A stretch of 64,000 nucleotides of DNA from a virus (Duplodnaviria > Caudoviricetes), in IMG/VR virus record IMGVR_UViG_3300010429_001617; one strand, written 5' to 3'. The stretch's first letter is position 1; every line of letters starts with the position of its first letter. Of this stretch, positions 37,696 through 47,804 are shown piece by piece. The position numbers and the translations under genes are program-made. Below the pieces are notes generated by a model. That model was not told the DNA's origin. It was given only the letters and a program-made list of their open reading frames with translations, and did no database searches.

Positions 37696-37872
37696 ATGAA
37701 AGAAGATTTTTCAGAAGAAAGAGAAGCAAGAGAAAAACGTATGATAAAAGCAAAATTAATCATCGCTAAAAAGAAATATAAATTGCTTCAAGAAAGATTA
37801 TTAACCAATAAAATCCTTTTTGATTATGTTCAGAAAAGGGATGTTGATCCATTTGATGTAGATGAATGGTAA
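37696..37872 (+). CDS. Small protein ending DVDPFDVDEW (not in the ORF track)
   Basis: 58 aa, translated by hand; TAATTTTG box at 37670-37677. Confidence 0.55.
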   Translation: MKEDFSEEREAREKRMIKAKLIIAKKKYKLLQERLLTNKILFDYVQKRDVDPFDVDEW

Positions 37873-37884
37873 ATTTACTTTGTT

Positions 37885-38652
37885 ATGATTTTTGAATATA
37901 CTCCAGAAAAAATAGTTTCTTTGAAGCCAAATGAAATTTTTGTGTTTGGATCGAATGCTGAAGGCCGCCACGGAAAAGGAGCAGCTTTAGATGCTTTAAA
38001 ATATTTTGGGGCAGTCTACGGGCAACCAGATGGATTACAAATGCCTGCACATAAATTCGAAGGAAGAATGGTATATGCTTATGGGAAGCAGAAAAGAGAT
38101 GACATAAAATCAATTAATACTATAGACGCGGTTGAATGTGGGGAAAGAAAAGCTACAACTCGTTTTTATTATGACGGGCATATCGATTATTGGGCTTCGG
38201 TAAATATAGGTGACATAATAAAATGGGTTGGGGAACACAAAAACGTGTTGGTTAAAGTAACAAAACCACTGACAAAATTAGATGAAAATATTGATGCTGA
38301 AACTTGGAGTAAATTGGAAGGATGGAACGTAGAATATTTTTATAAAAACATAAAACCAAGAATATCATTAGCTTATCAAATGGAATTTGAGGTTCTCCCA
38401 CAATCTTATGCTATAATAACAAAAAAGGATTTTAGAAAAGAAAAATCATCTTCAATTGAAGAAATAAAAAACGGTATTATAAAAATGTTTCTCTTTGCTG
38501 ATAAAAATCCCCATAAAAAACTGTTAGTGACTAAAATAGGGAGTTCACTAGCTGGATATACAGTGGATGAAATTAAAAATATCTTCGAAGAATTAAAAAA
38601 TAAAATACCTGATAATGTTGTTCTACCAATAGAATATGAAGTGAGAGATTAA
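37885..38652 (+). CDS. FVFGSN-family (A1S_2505-like) phage protein interrupted by an ASCH-like domain
   Basis: FVFGSNAEGRHGKGAA...GLQ | 120-aa insert with GERKATTR | QSYAI...VTKIGSSLAGY. Confidence 0.7.
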   Translation: MIFEYTPEKIVSLKPNEIFVFGSNAEGRHGKGAALDALKYFGAVYGQPDGLQMPAHKFEGRMVYAYGKQKRDDIKSINTIDAVECGERKATTRFYYDGHIDYWASVNIGDIIKWVGEHKNVLVKVTKPLTKLDENIDAETWSKLEGWNVEYFYKNIKPRISLAYQMEFEVLPQSYAIITKKDFRKEKSSSIEEIKNGIIKMFLFADKNPHKKLLVTKIGSSLAGYTVDEIKNIFEELKNKIPDNVVLPIEYEVRD

Positions 38653-38731
38653 TTTTCCTCATTTTATTTTTTTATTTCTAAATGTTTCTTTAATTTTGTT
38701 TCTAGTTTAAAACAATAAAATATAAAAAGAT

Positions 38732-39271
38732 ATGGTAACAGTTGCTGTAAATCTCGAAACGGTTAAAAATGATTATCCTGAAAAATTCGATGAATATGTT
38801 AGAATTCTTCGCTCAAGCACTAGCAAAGATAAAGATGCTCCAGAGGAAAAGTTCAATTTTATTTATTCTTTTAGTTATTTTTTAAAAAAGGGAAGAGCTA
38901 ATGAAGAATATTATGAAAATTTGGTTCATATGAAATTCGATGAAAGACTCGAAGAAGAGATGAATAAAGTGAGAGTTACTATGACAATGGCGGCTGGTAA
39001 TTTTTATATTTCTGATAGAGTGAGTGGTGTACCAGAAATAATCAAGTCGATTGTTAAAATGATAACTGTAAAGAAAATGCTCAGCGAGCAAGAAATGATA
39101 GAAGATCTCGATGTAATTAATTCTATACCTGAGGACGATTTGAAAAATGCCAAAACTGAAGAGGAAGCTAAACCACTTTCACTAGACGATCAATTGAAAC
39201 ATGCTATTGATGTAGAGGATTATATGGAAGCAGCTAGAATTCGAGATCTCATAAACGCTCAAAATGAATGA
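38732..39271 (+). CDS. Protein with a C-terminal UVR (UvrB/C) motif
   Basis: LDDQLKHAIDVEDYMEAARIRDLI. Confidence 0.7.
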   Translation: MVTVAVNLETVKNDYPEKFDEYVRILRSSTSKDKDAPEEKFNFIYSFSYFLKKGRANEEYYENLVHMKFDERLEEEMNKVRVTMTMAAGNFYISDRVSGVPEIIKSIVKMITVKKMLSEQEMIEDLDVINSIPEDDLKNAKTEEEAKPLSLDDQLKHAIDVEDYMEAARIRDLINAQNE

Positions 39272-39286
39272 CATGGCAAAACTTGT

Positions 39287-39541
39287 TTATTTGCCAATTT
39301 TATTTAGTAACTCTTGAATTTTTTTATCTATTTGATATTCATATTGCGGATATCTATCTTTAATTTTTTCTAATTTTTCAATAGTGACATATACAAAATC
39401 AGCCATTTCAACACCTATTCCATCAAATATTTCATCATAAGACTCGTCTTCAATATCTTTAATGATTTTTTTTATATCTGGTTCATTTATTGATGATGCC
39501 ATCTGTTCAAATTTTTTTAAATGTTTGAATTCTTTTTTCAT
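39287..39541 (-). CDS. Small protein with leader KHLKKFEQ
   Basis: 84 aa; AATATATA box upstream. Confidence 0.6.
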   Translation of the reverse strand: MKKEFKHLKKFEQMASSINEPDIKKIIKDIEDESYDEIFDGIGVEMADFVYVTIEKLEKIKDRYPQYEYQIDKKIQELLNKIGK

Positions 39542-39582
39542 GTGAATTTTTATTTTTATATATTATTATTTTAATCTCATTT

Positions 39583-42500
39583 TTAATAATAAGTAGATGT
39601 GCTTTTTGTTCTTATGAAATAATCTTTATCCCAAGAAGATTTGAATATAAATCGATCTGAATATCCATATCCATATTCATCTATTCTTGGATATATTAAA
39701 TATGCTTCCAGCATATTGTCCAAAAAGTTCTTGTTCTCATTCACTTTTGAATAGATGATTTCATCTATTTTACCAAAGTTTGTCAGAGATGTATCAAATT
39801 TATAATTGTTATCAAAATAAACTTGATTTGAATAAGTGTATATTCTGTTTTCGATTTCATAATAAGCCGTAATAGTAATATAATCTATAGCAGCAATAGT
39901 TATACCATTTTGATCAGAATCATTATGTATTTTTAACTGTAAGTCTAGAGCAAAATTATCACTTAATAGATCATCAATAGTAATTGGATTTGGATCATCC
40001 CATAAATCGGTTGGTCCTCCATAGACTATTTCTGTTTTACCTGTTCCCCAGTTATCTGATAGGGCTTTATTAGAATAATATTGTAATCCATTTTTTAACA
40101 TAAATTGATTATCAGAGCAATATATATTGGATGTGTTGTAATTAGCTTTTCTCATCATTTTAACTTCAACTCCCAATAGTGTTATTATTGATGTGGCGCC
40201 AGATGGCATTGAGCTGAAATTTATGCCAGACAAACTTAAAATTGGTGTTAAAAATTCATTTGTTGATGGCGGGGCTTTAAATTCTATAGGATAATCTACA
40301 GGGCTTCTATTTAATGATCCTATTATGGTGTTATTATAATCTTCACTGGCAATCATTCTACCTGGCGCTATTTGTGGTGTTGAATATTGATATCCAGATT
40401 CGGCACTATTTATACAACTAAAATATATTTTTAATTTGAAATCATCTATCTCGCACATAGGAGCAATGGAATCCTCCCCTTCATTGTGAATATCAAACAT
40501 TAAGTTCAATCCAAAATTTGAATCTATTAAATCATTAACAGTTATTGAAGTGCCCCATAGATCATCTTGGCCACCATATGTTATTGTTTCTTCAGTGGTT
40601 GACCAATTATTTGGGTTAGCTTTATTTAATCCGCCTATTGTTAGTTCAACAATTTGATCCACACAAAAATTTGTTGCTGAATCATTAGAAGATTTTCTTT
40701 TTAATTGAATTTCAATTCCAACTATTTTTTTATTGTTTCCACCAATAGTTTCTGGACCAGAGCAAGGAAATAGAATTGGATCTACAAAGTTAGATAAAGC
40801 TAATCCGAATTCTTTGAATGTCAGTGTGGGCGAGTTAAAATCAGACACTCTATTTGGCACAGTACAAGTTATAAATTCATATGCCCCAGATTGGTTAGAT
40901 GCTATATTTACATCAAAAACTATTTCACCATTTATATCTTGTTCGTATTCTTTTGGAACAGATGTTAAATATCCATCGACAAAAACAGAAGAATAGTCGA
41001 TGTCAAAATAGAAATATCCACCCTTGAAAAGATCAATATCTTTAAATATTGGTTCATAGTACCCTAAATATCTATAAATTTGAACTTTATATGACGATGA
41101 TTCATCAAATGTTAAAACAGTCGCACCATAATCATTATCTATGGAATCAATGTAAAAGGGATCAGTCCAATAACAATCGTTATTTAATTCGATTTCAGTT
41201 GGAAATTCAGCATTTATAACAAAATTCGTATAAGCGTAAGGCCAATCTGGTATTTGTGTCATTGTTGAGTTGGTTGTATCATTGATATATGTTCCACCAT
41301 TATATAGCTCGTCGTTTATTTCTCTTATACAATAATATTTTACTTTTATTCCATAATCCCCATTATAATCATTTAGAGCCATAATAAAATTGGATGCTAT
41401 AAAAATATTTGGGTTATAGTAATTTGTTATGCCGGTATCTCCAAATAGATCTTTACCATAATACAGACCGTCTTTTTGTTCGTATAAAGACACATCATTC
41501 AAACGGTAAGTGTCACCAAAATGTATGCTAGTATTTAATATTATTAGGACATTTTTATATTTCTCGTTTAATATTACATTGATACAATTTTCAGATGTGT
41601 TTATTAGATTATTTGGATCAAATATTCCAAAAGTTGGAGATGGATTATAATTTTCATTCAGAACGATAGAAAATTTATAACCATTAAAATCTTTGTTTCC
41701 ATACAATATCTTTTTAACTACACCACCTTCAATATAAATGTTTTTAACTTCTTTTATTTTAAATTTAATACCTTTAAATAAAGTGTTTGAATAAACATTT
41801 TCATCTCCACCATTAAAAACTGAGTATTTATCGAAGTTTTTAAAATATATTATACCATTGTCTTCGTATTTCATTTTATTTTTGAAAAAATAAGTAAAAT
41901 AGTCAAATGACAAATTAAAATATGATTCGACATCAAATCTTTTTACACTATTATCCAAATAGTCGTCTTGTTGTATATTGGTTGATTGATTTTTATAATA
42001 AACATAGTTTGATGTGTCTCCACTATAAAACGTTCCCAGCCTATAAAAATAATCTAAATTTTTAGATAATATTTCTGGATAAGTCAATAAAGGATTTGAT
42101 GTTCTGTTGAAAATTCCACCAGCTTCATTATTATTATTTAACTTATATGGATAATCAGAATGACTTATTGATCCAACAAATCCCCATTTCACAATAGATT
42201 GATTTTTTCTCCATATTTCATTTAGATCGTATATGTCTTCAACCGTGCCATCCTCTAATGTCATTTTATTGTTTGAGCCCGTACTCACTATTTCATATAA
42301 CTCATCATCCGCAATATACTCTGATGATACATTTTCAATTTTATCTTGATTTTCAGATCCATATCCACCTAACCTTTTTTCTGGTGGAATCGAATTATCG
42401 TTATAATCATAAGTGTACAATTTTTCTTCTGTCGTGTCAACGTATTGTGTTTGCTCGTAATCAAAATCAGAGTATTTAGTATTCACTCTATCATAATCGA

Positions 42501-44403
42501 AATCTTTTATATCAGTAAATTTCAATCGATAAACAGGAAATGTTGTTGGAGTGCTGCCAGTTAAATTGACATAAAGTTTCTTATAATATTCTGAGTTTTT
42601 CCCAACTATCCAATATTCAATATATGTGTCACTTAAATTGATTCCATAATCACTTTGTATATAATAACATTTTCTATGTTTTCCGTTAGAGTCTTTCATT
42701 AAAGTTTCTATACTATCTCCTTCATAATATTTAATGACGTGATAATTGCCATCTATATTAATTAAATATAAATCGCCATACATATATTTTATTTGTCCGC
42801 CAATTAAATATATGTCACATCCTTCTTCATATTGATCACTAACTTCACCATTAATATTTGTTATAAGTAGCTCGAAAACACCACTAATAGCATCATATGA
42901 TATAATTTCAGCTGTAAAACTTTTCGTTTTATCCTTTCTACTAACAACTTTAACAAACTGACCAGCTTGAAATATGTCTCCTACTGTATCACCAGTTATG
43001 AATATTGTTGTGCCTGTGTCTGAAACAGTTACACCAGTATCAGTTGTATATCCCGAGTAAGTTATTCTATATTTATCTATGAAGAAAGTGTCATCTGTAA
43101 CACCAGTTGAATCAACTATATGAGGTCTTATGACATTGTAATTATCTTTATATTCTATATTGACTGTTTTGATGTTTGTATATCCTGTGTTCCAAAATTC
43201 ATCCATTATGTCATCGCTGATAATCTTATACATCCACCTGTCGTGTTGATATATTCTTTTAACGGGATATAAACCAGATATCACTTTTTTTCTTTGAAGA
43301 TCATTTGAGTTATCAAAGAAAATGTAATAATCTTTTGTATCATCCCATTCCTCAATAAAAGGATTTACTGATATGTATTTTGTGTTACCCGAGAAATAAA
43401 TGTTGTAGAAATCTTCCAATATACAATTCTCTTCAGTAACGCCAGTTCCTAATATTATATTATTTAACAAAGTAGTTCCAGAAGCCATCGTTGGAGTTAC
43501 ATATGAAGTTAGTGAACAAACGAAATCTAAATTATCTATATAGAATCCATAATAACGATTCATCGAATATTTCCTTAGAGACGTTGGAGTGGCTGGCGTG
43601 TCATCGAATAAGAATTTTAAATTTAATATGTTTGGAAAAATTAGGTCGTTTCTTCTAAATCCTTCGGTTATAAATTTTTCAAATCTAAAATGTGGAGTTT
43701 CAATACTATTTCTATCCTCCATATACAATGTTTTCTGAGTGTATATTCCTGTATTATAATCCATTCCATACCAACTAGATAACTCGGTTTTCTCTGGATT
43801 ATATTCAAATGGAGCCTTTGGAAAACGATTGTTGTTCAAATAATTATTATATAACCACACACCCAGATTGGAGCTATAATTCATATCGAAATATTTTACA
43901 CATTTCCATTTATCAATTATCTCTGTTTTAAAATTATCTTTGTTCAAACTATTTAATTGATAATTATTTGTCACATCAGAACCATAACTAGACGGGTCGT
44001 CCACTCTCAATATAATAAAACCACTTGGCAAATAATTTTTTCTAATATAGAGTGGGGCAAAATATTCAAATTCTTCACTATACCATTTATCTTCAATATA
44101 AGCGGCTCCAGCTTGATACATAGTATCAAATTGTTTAGCGAAATCAGTTTGAACAACTTGATTATCTTTATCATATTTTACATCATATGCTAATTCTTTT
44201 GGAAGTCTTTTATAAAAATATGGTATTCTGCTTTCGAGTAACGAATTTTTATTTAATTTATAATGTTTATAATTAATGTTACTCAGCTCTGTATTTGTAT
44301 TAAAACTTTCCATAAAAAGTTCATACTTAGAGTTGACAACCACTTTAAAATTAGTTGTTAGAAGAGGATTTGTTCTAAGTAATTGAAAACTTTTATTTAT
44401 CAA
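39583..44403 (-). CDS. Very large putative structural protein with a C-terminal tandem domain duplication
   Basis: 1606 aa; two YGGxxDLW repeats; many [ST]GxT motifs. Confidence 0.6.
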   Translation of the reverse strand: MINKSFQLLRTNPLLTTNFKVVVNSKYELFMESFNTNTELSNINYKHYKLNKNSLLESRIPYFYKRLPKELAYDVKYDKDNQVVQTDFAKQFDTMYQAGAAYIEDKWYSEEFEYFAPLYIRKNYLPSGFIILRVDDPSSYGSDVTNNYQLNSLNKDNFKTEIIDKWKCVKYFDMNYSSNLGVWLYNNYLNNNRFPKAPFEYNPEKTELSSWYGMDYNTGIYTQKTLYMEDRNSIETPHFRFEKFITEGFRRNDLIFPNILNLKFLFDDTPATPTSLRKYSMNRYYGFYIDNLDFVCSLTSYVTPTMASGTTLLNNIILGTGVTEENCILEDFYNIYFSGNTKYISVNPFIEEWDDTKDYYIFFDNSNDLQRKKVISGLYPVKRIYQHDRWMYKIISDDIMDEFWNTGYTNIKTVNIEYKDNYNVIRPHIVDSTGVTDDTFFIDKYRITYSGYTTDTGVTVSDTGTTIFITGDTVGDIFQAGQFVKVVSRKDKTKSFTAEIISYDAISGVFELLITNINGEVSDQYEEGCDIYLIGGQIKYMYGDLYLINIDGNYHVIKYYEGDSIETLMKDSNGKHRKCYYIQSDYGINLSDTYIEYWIVGKNSEYYKKLYVNLTGSTPTTFPVYRLKFTDIKDFDYDRVNTKYSDFDYEQTQYVDTTEEKLYTYDYNDNSIPPEKRLGGYGSENQDKIENVSSEYIADDELYEIVSTGSNNKMTLEDGTVEDIYDLNEIWRKNQSIVKWGFVGSISHSDYPYKLNNNNEAGGIFNRTSNPLLTYPEILSKNLDYFYRLGTFYSGDTSNYVYYKNQSTNIQQDDYLDNSVKRFDVESYFNLSFDYFTYFFKNKMKYEDNGIIYFKNFDKYSVFNGGDENVYSNTLFKGIKFKIKEVKNIYIEGGVVKKILYGNKDFNGYKFSIVLNENYNPSPTFGIFDPNNLINTSENCINVILNEKYKNVLIILNTSIHFGDTYRLNDVSLYEQKDGLYYGKDLFGDTGITNYYNPNIFIASNFIMALNDYNGDYGIKVKYYCIREINDELYNGGTYINDTTNSTMTQIPDWPYAYTNFVINAEFPTEIELNNDCYWTDPFYIDSIDNDYGATVLTFDESSSYKVQIYRYLGYYEPIFKDIDLFKGGYFYFDIDYSSVFVDGYLTSVPKEYEQDINGEIVFDVNIASNQSGAYEFITCTVPNRVSDFNSPTLTFKEFGLALSNFVDPILFPCSGPETIGGNNKKIVGIEIQLKRKSSNDSATNFCVDQIVELTIGGLNKANPNNWSTTEETITYGGQDDLWGTSITVNDLIDSNFGLNLMFDIHNEGEDSIAPMCEIDDFKLKIYFSCINSAESGYQYSTPQIAPGRMIASEDYNNTIIGSLNRSPVDYPIEFKAPPSTNEFLTPILSLSGINFSSMPSGATSIITLLGVEVKMMRKANYNTSNIYCSDNQFMLKNGLQYYSNKALSDNWGTGKTEIVYGGPTDLWDDPNPITIDDLLSDNFALDLQLKIHNDSDQNGITIAAIDYITITAYYEIENRIYTYSNQVYFDNNYKFDTSLTNFGKIDEIIYSKVNENKNFLDNMLEAYLIYPRIDEYGYGYSDRFIFKSSWDKDYFIRTKSTSTYY

Positions 44404-44419
44404 TCTATTAAATTATTTT

Positions 44420-47400
44420 TTATGCCAAAACATCAGTTTCCCCATTAATTGTTAATGTTGATGCATTACCTTTTAAGAAATTTCTAAATCTATTTATTTT
44501 AAATGTTATTGTAAATTGATAAACACTATTATCAGATAGCTCCATCCAAGATTTTATTTTTCTTGTTACTGAAGTTGAGCTACTTGATGGAGTATATGTT
44601 GAATCACTAGTGCTTTTAAATTTGAAATATATTCTCAGTCCTATATTAAATTTAGATTTTGGTGTTAGTACTTTTGTTTTATCTTGACCGGTTTCAACCA
44701 AAACATTTAAATCTGGTAAATATGGAAAAACTGCCGCCATGAGATAATTGTTTATTAATTCATCATCATCCCATATAAGATCATTTACACCCACATTATT
44801 TGTTGTTCCAGATGAACCGACATTCCAATTACTGCTCGATAATATTCCAAATGTTTGATTCATATTTGTGGATGTGAACCCACTTGATAAAAATGCCCCA
44901 GCATCTTTATCTGAGAACCATATGAATTGATTGTCTTTTTGAACGTGTAGTGTGCTATCTGAATCCACCATAAATATCTTATGTTGGTCTCCTCCAGTGG
45001 CGGTGTAATATGGCGCAGTAGTGGTGCCTGTATAACTTCTTTGTGATAAGAATCCGAGATTTCCACTTTGAGCTGTATTTTCTATTGATATAACATAATC
45101 ATCTATAATATATTTATTATTTAAATAAGTTCTCGTTCCAGTTGTCGCTATGCCATAATCTTCACATTCAACAGTGACAATTGTAGATGAATTATTTGTT
45201 ATATCTTTAACTAAAGTTGATTTTTTAAATAATGACACTTTAATATTGCCTTTAACACCAGCAATGGTTTCTTCGAGTTTTATGATTCTGTTCGTGAGAA
45301 CAGTAAGATATTCATATAAAGTTTGATTTAGATTTGATGAATCTTTAAAACTAACCTGTATAGCATGATCTGTGTGAGCATAATAGTCTTGATTCAAGTA
45401 GAAACTGTCTTCGATGTGTTTGTATACGCCTTTACTGTTCAGAGTATTATCCATATTTACCATTGTTGTGTCTTGTTCGGCCTCTTTGGATATAAAATCT
45501 TTATCTGAAAATGTATCTTTTAAATCATCTGGAAATTCTACAGTTAACACGTCACTCCAATCCGATTCGATTAATGAATCGGGCCAACCTACTTCAGATA
45601 TAGATTTTATTCTTATTTCGACCTTTTCGTCTGGTTGTATTGGTATGTCCAGTTGGTTGATATTCACTGTATCAGCATCAGAAACATCCTCAACCATCCA
45701 ATACCATTGTTTTGATTGTGCGTCCCAATGTCTTTTTCTAACATCAGTTAATATAGATACCCAGTTTGAAAAATTAGCATATTTTGGCGTGGTTGTTGGG
45801 TTCTCAGTTGTTGTTGAAACATTTGTTGCTATAACGGGTGTGGATTTACCAGTGTAAACATTTGCTGTTGATGCGGCTGATTGAGATGATGATATAGCTG
45901 CTGTTGCCCCAGCTTGATTTTCAGTAAATGTGCCAGTGTTTCTAAAAGGGTATGGCATAGGATTTATTGTTGTCGTGTTAGATGTTGCTGGTTTTGATGT
46001 AACAGTGTAAGTAAATGTCTCTGTGTTATTTGAATTGCCAGTTTTAGAAGCATATCTATATTCTATTCTAAATTGTATAACGTGTTGTGGAACACTTTTA
46101 TCTGTTAATATAGGCTCGGGTATAGACCAAAAACCTCTGACTCTGTATTTTGGAGCAACATCATTATTAACATTGCTATTTATTTCGTTGATTTGTGATA
46201 AACTGGAAGATAAACTTTTCGTAGCTACATCTAAATCTGATTTTAATTTATTTATTTCATCAACAATAGATTGTTTTTCTGTAACTGTCAAACCACCACT
46301 ATATAATTTTGATGTCTTTGATGTGATGGCTGTATTTAATTGAGATATTCTGGTTTTTATGGTGCTCTTTTCAGAATGTAATTTTTTCAATGAATCTTGG
46401 TCCACACTATCAGTTAAGTGTCTATTTATCTGAACAACTTTAAAATTGTCCTGCACTAGAACAGGAGCATTTGGTGGATAACCATAACTCGATGGTATCA
46501 CTTTTTTTATCATATCTTTTAAAAGTGTGCCATAATCATAGACTTGCTCGACATAATAATTGGCTAAATTTATGTTATTATTAGAGTCTAACAACAAGTC
46601 ATTTGTATATAAACATATTCCTTTGCTCCAAATGTTACCAACTATATTATCATCAGTATTTATTGGCTTGATGAATATGATGATATATTCATCAAAACCA
46701 ACATTTATTTGAACTTTCTTATCGTTTGATATATCACTATAATATTTCAAGACATTTGTGCCAACAACTACTGGATCATATCCTTCAACTACTTCGAGTC
46801 TTATTTTTGTGTTGGATGAATCAGTATTTACTTCAACCACTCTATATCTCGATGATGCGTTTAATTTGTTGATTATCAATTCATCTCCTATAACTAGAGC
46901 TTTTATTGTGCCATCTTGTCCATAATATTTTATGTCATTGAGATGATACCACATTTTATTATTTATATCGTCTATTTCAACTTTGATGACTGAAAAAACG
47001 CCATAATAATTTAGATTCTTTAATTTTAAATCATATATTTGCTCATCATAAGGCTCTACGGTATCAATATAAATACCATCATTACTTGGATTATTATACC
47101 AAGCTATGAAGTCTGTTATATTTATATCCGAGCGATTTAAATATGTGGATATGAAACTATTATAAGATCTCAAACCAGCCTCAGTTAAAGAATTATCATC
47201 GTTCCTGACAAATCTCAGGATATATCTACGGGATAATACTTTATTTACTTCTTCAGCCACTTTATCGGTTAGATCTATTGTTACAGCGAGCATTGGATTC
47301 ATCAAAGATTCAAAGAAATGGTTGTTTATGGGTGAGAATGTTGATACTTGATTTATACCAGATACTGGCATTGGCTCACGATTCAAATCCGATGTCATTA

Positions 47401-47674
47401 TTCTTTTGTAAGACTGACCGTCTCGCAAATATGTATATCCATCTATAGACGCTAAACGTTTCATATTTTGATTCAAGGCATCTATCTGGGTTTTCAAATT
47501 ACCAACTGTTGGCATAGAATAAGATCTGACAACGCCATTATCGTCATAAGCCACTTTAACAGAGGAATCTGTGCTCTCGACGAGGTCGTTTATTTTTGTT
47601 AATATTTCAACACAATTTTTATTTAAAATTGTCACCTTTTCGGCTAAAGAAACAAATGAGTTAATAGGCTCCAC
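44420..47674 (-). CDS. Large putative structural protein
   Basis: 1084 aa, GTG start, coiled coil plus an Fn3-like segment; TTTATATATA box at 47720-47729. Confidence 0.55.
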   Translation of the reverse strand: MEPINSFVSLAEKVTILNKNCVEILTKINDLVESTDSSVKVAYDDNGVVRSYSMPTVGNLKTQIDALNQNMKRLASIDGYTYLRDGQSYKRIMTSDLNREPMPVSGINQVSTFSPINNHFFESLMNPMLAVTIDLTDKVAEEVNKVLSRRYILRFVRNDDNSLTEAGLRSYNSFISTYLNRSDINITDFIAWYNNPSNDGIYIDTVEPYDEQIYDLKLKNLNYYGVFSVIKVEIDDINNKMWYHLNDIKYYGQDGTIKALVIGDELIINKLNASSRYRVVEVNTDSSNTKIRLEVVEGYDPVVVGTNVLKYYSDISNDKKVQINVGFDEYIIIFIKPINTDDNIVGNIWSKGICLYTNDLLLDSNNNINLANYYVEQVYDYGTLLKDMIKKVIPSSYGYPPNAPVLVQDNFKVVQINRHLTDSVDQDSLKKLHSEKSTIKTRISQLNTAITSKTSKLYSGGLTVTEKQSIVDEINKLKSDLDVATKSLSSSLSQINEINSNVNNDVAPKYRVRGFWSIPEPILTDKSVPQHVIQFRIEYRYASKTGNSNNTETFTYTVTSKPATSNTTTINPMPYPFRNTGTFTENQAGATAAISSSQSAASTANVYTGKSTPVIATNVSTTTENPTTTPKYANFSNWVSILTDVRKRHWDAQSKQWYWMVEDVSDADTVNINQLDIPIQPDEKVEIRIKSISEVGWPDSLIESDWSDVLTVEFPDDLKDTFSDKDFISKEAEQDTTMVNMDNTLNSKGVYKHIEDSFYLNQDYYAHTDHAIQVSFKDSSNLNQTLYEYLTVLTNRIIKLEETIAGVKGNIKVSLFKKSTLVKDITNNSSTIVTVECEDYGIATTGTRTYLNNKYIIDDYVISIENTAQSGNLGFLSQRSYTGTTTAPYYTATGGDQHKIFMVDSDSTLHVQKDNQFIWFSDKDAGAFLSSGFTSTNMNQTFGILSSSNWNVGSSGTTNNVGVNDLIWDDDELINNYLMAAVFPYLPDLNVLVETGQDKTKVLTPKSKFNIGLRIYFKFKSTSDSTYTPSSSSTSVTRKIKSWMELSDNSVYQFTITFKINRFRNFLKGNASTLTINGETDVLA

Positions 47675-47804
47675 GCGATTTAAAATTATTTTTTTATAGG
47701 AAAAATCCTAATTTCTTATTATATATAAAATTTGAGCAACTCCTTTTTTAAAAAATTCACAAAAAATATTAATATATACATTTACAAAAAAAAATCAAAA
47801 AATT

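Noticed and set aside
38041-38400. Intein or intron explanation for the insert
   Set aside because: It starts with Met and ends with Pro, with no Cys/Ser start or His-Asn end, and it is fully in frame.
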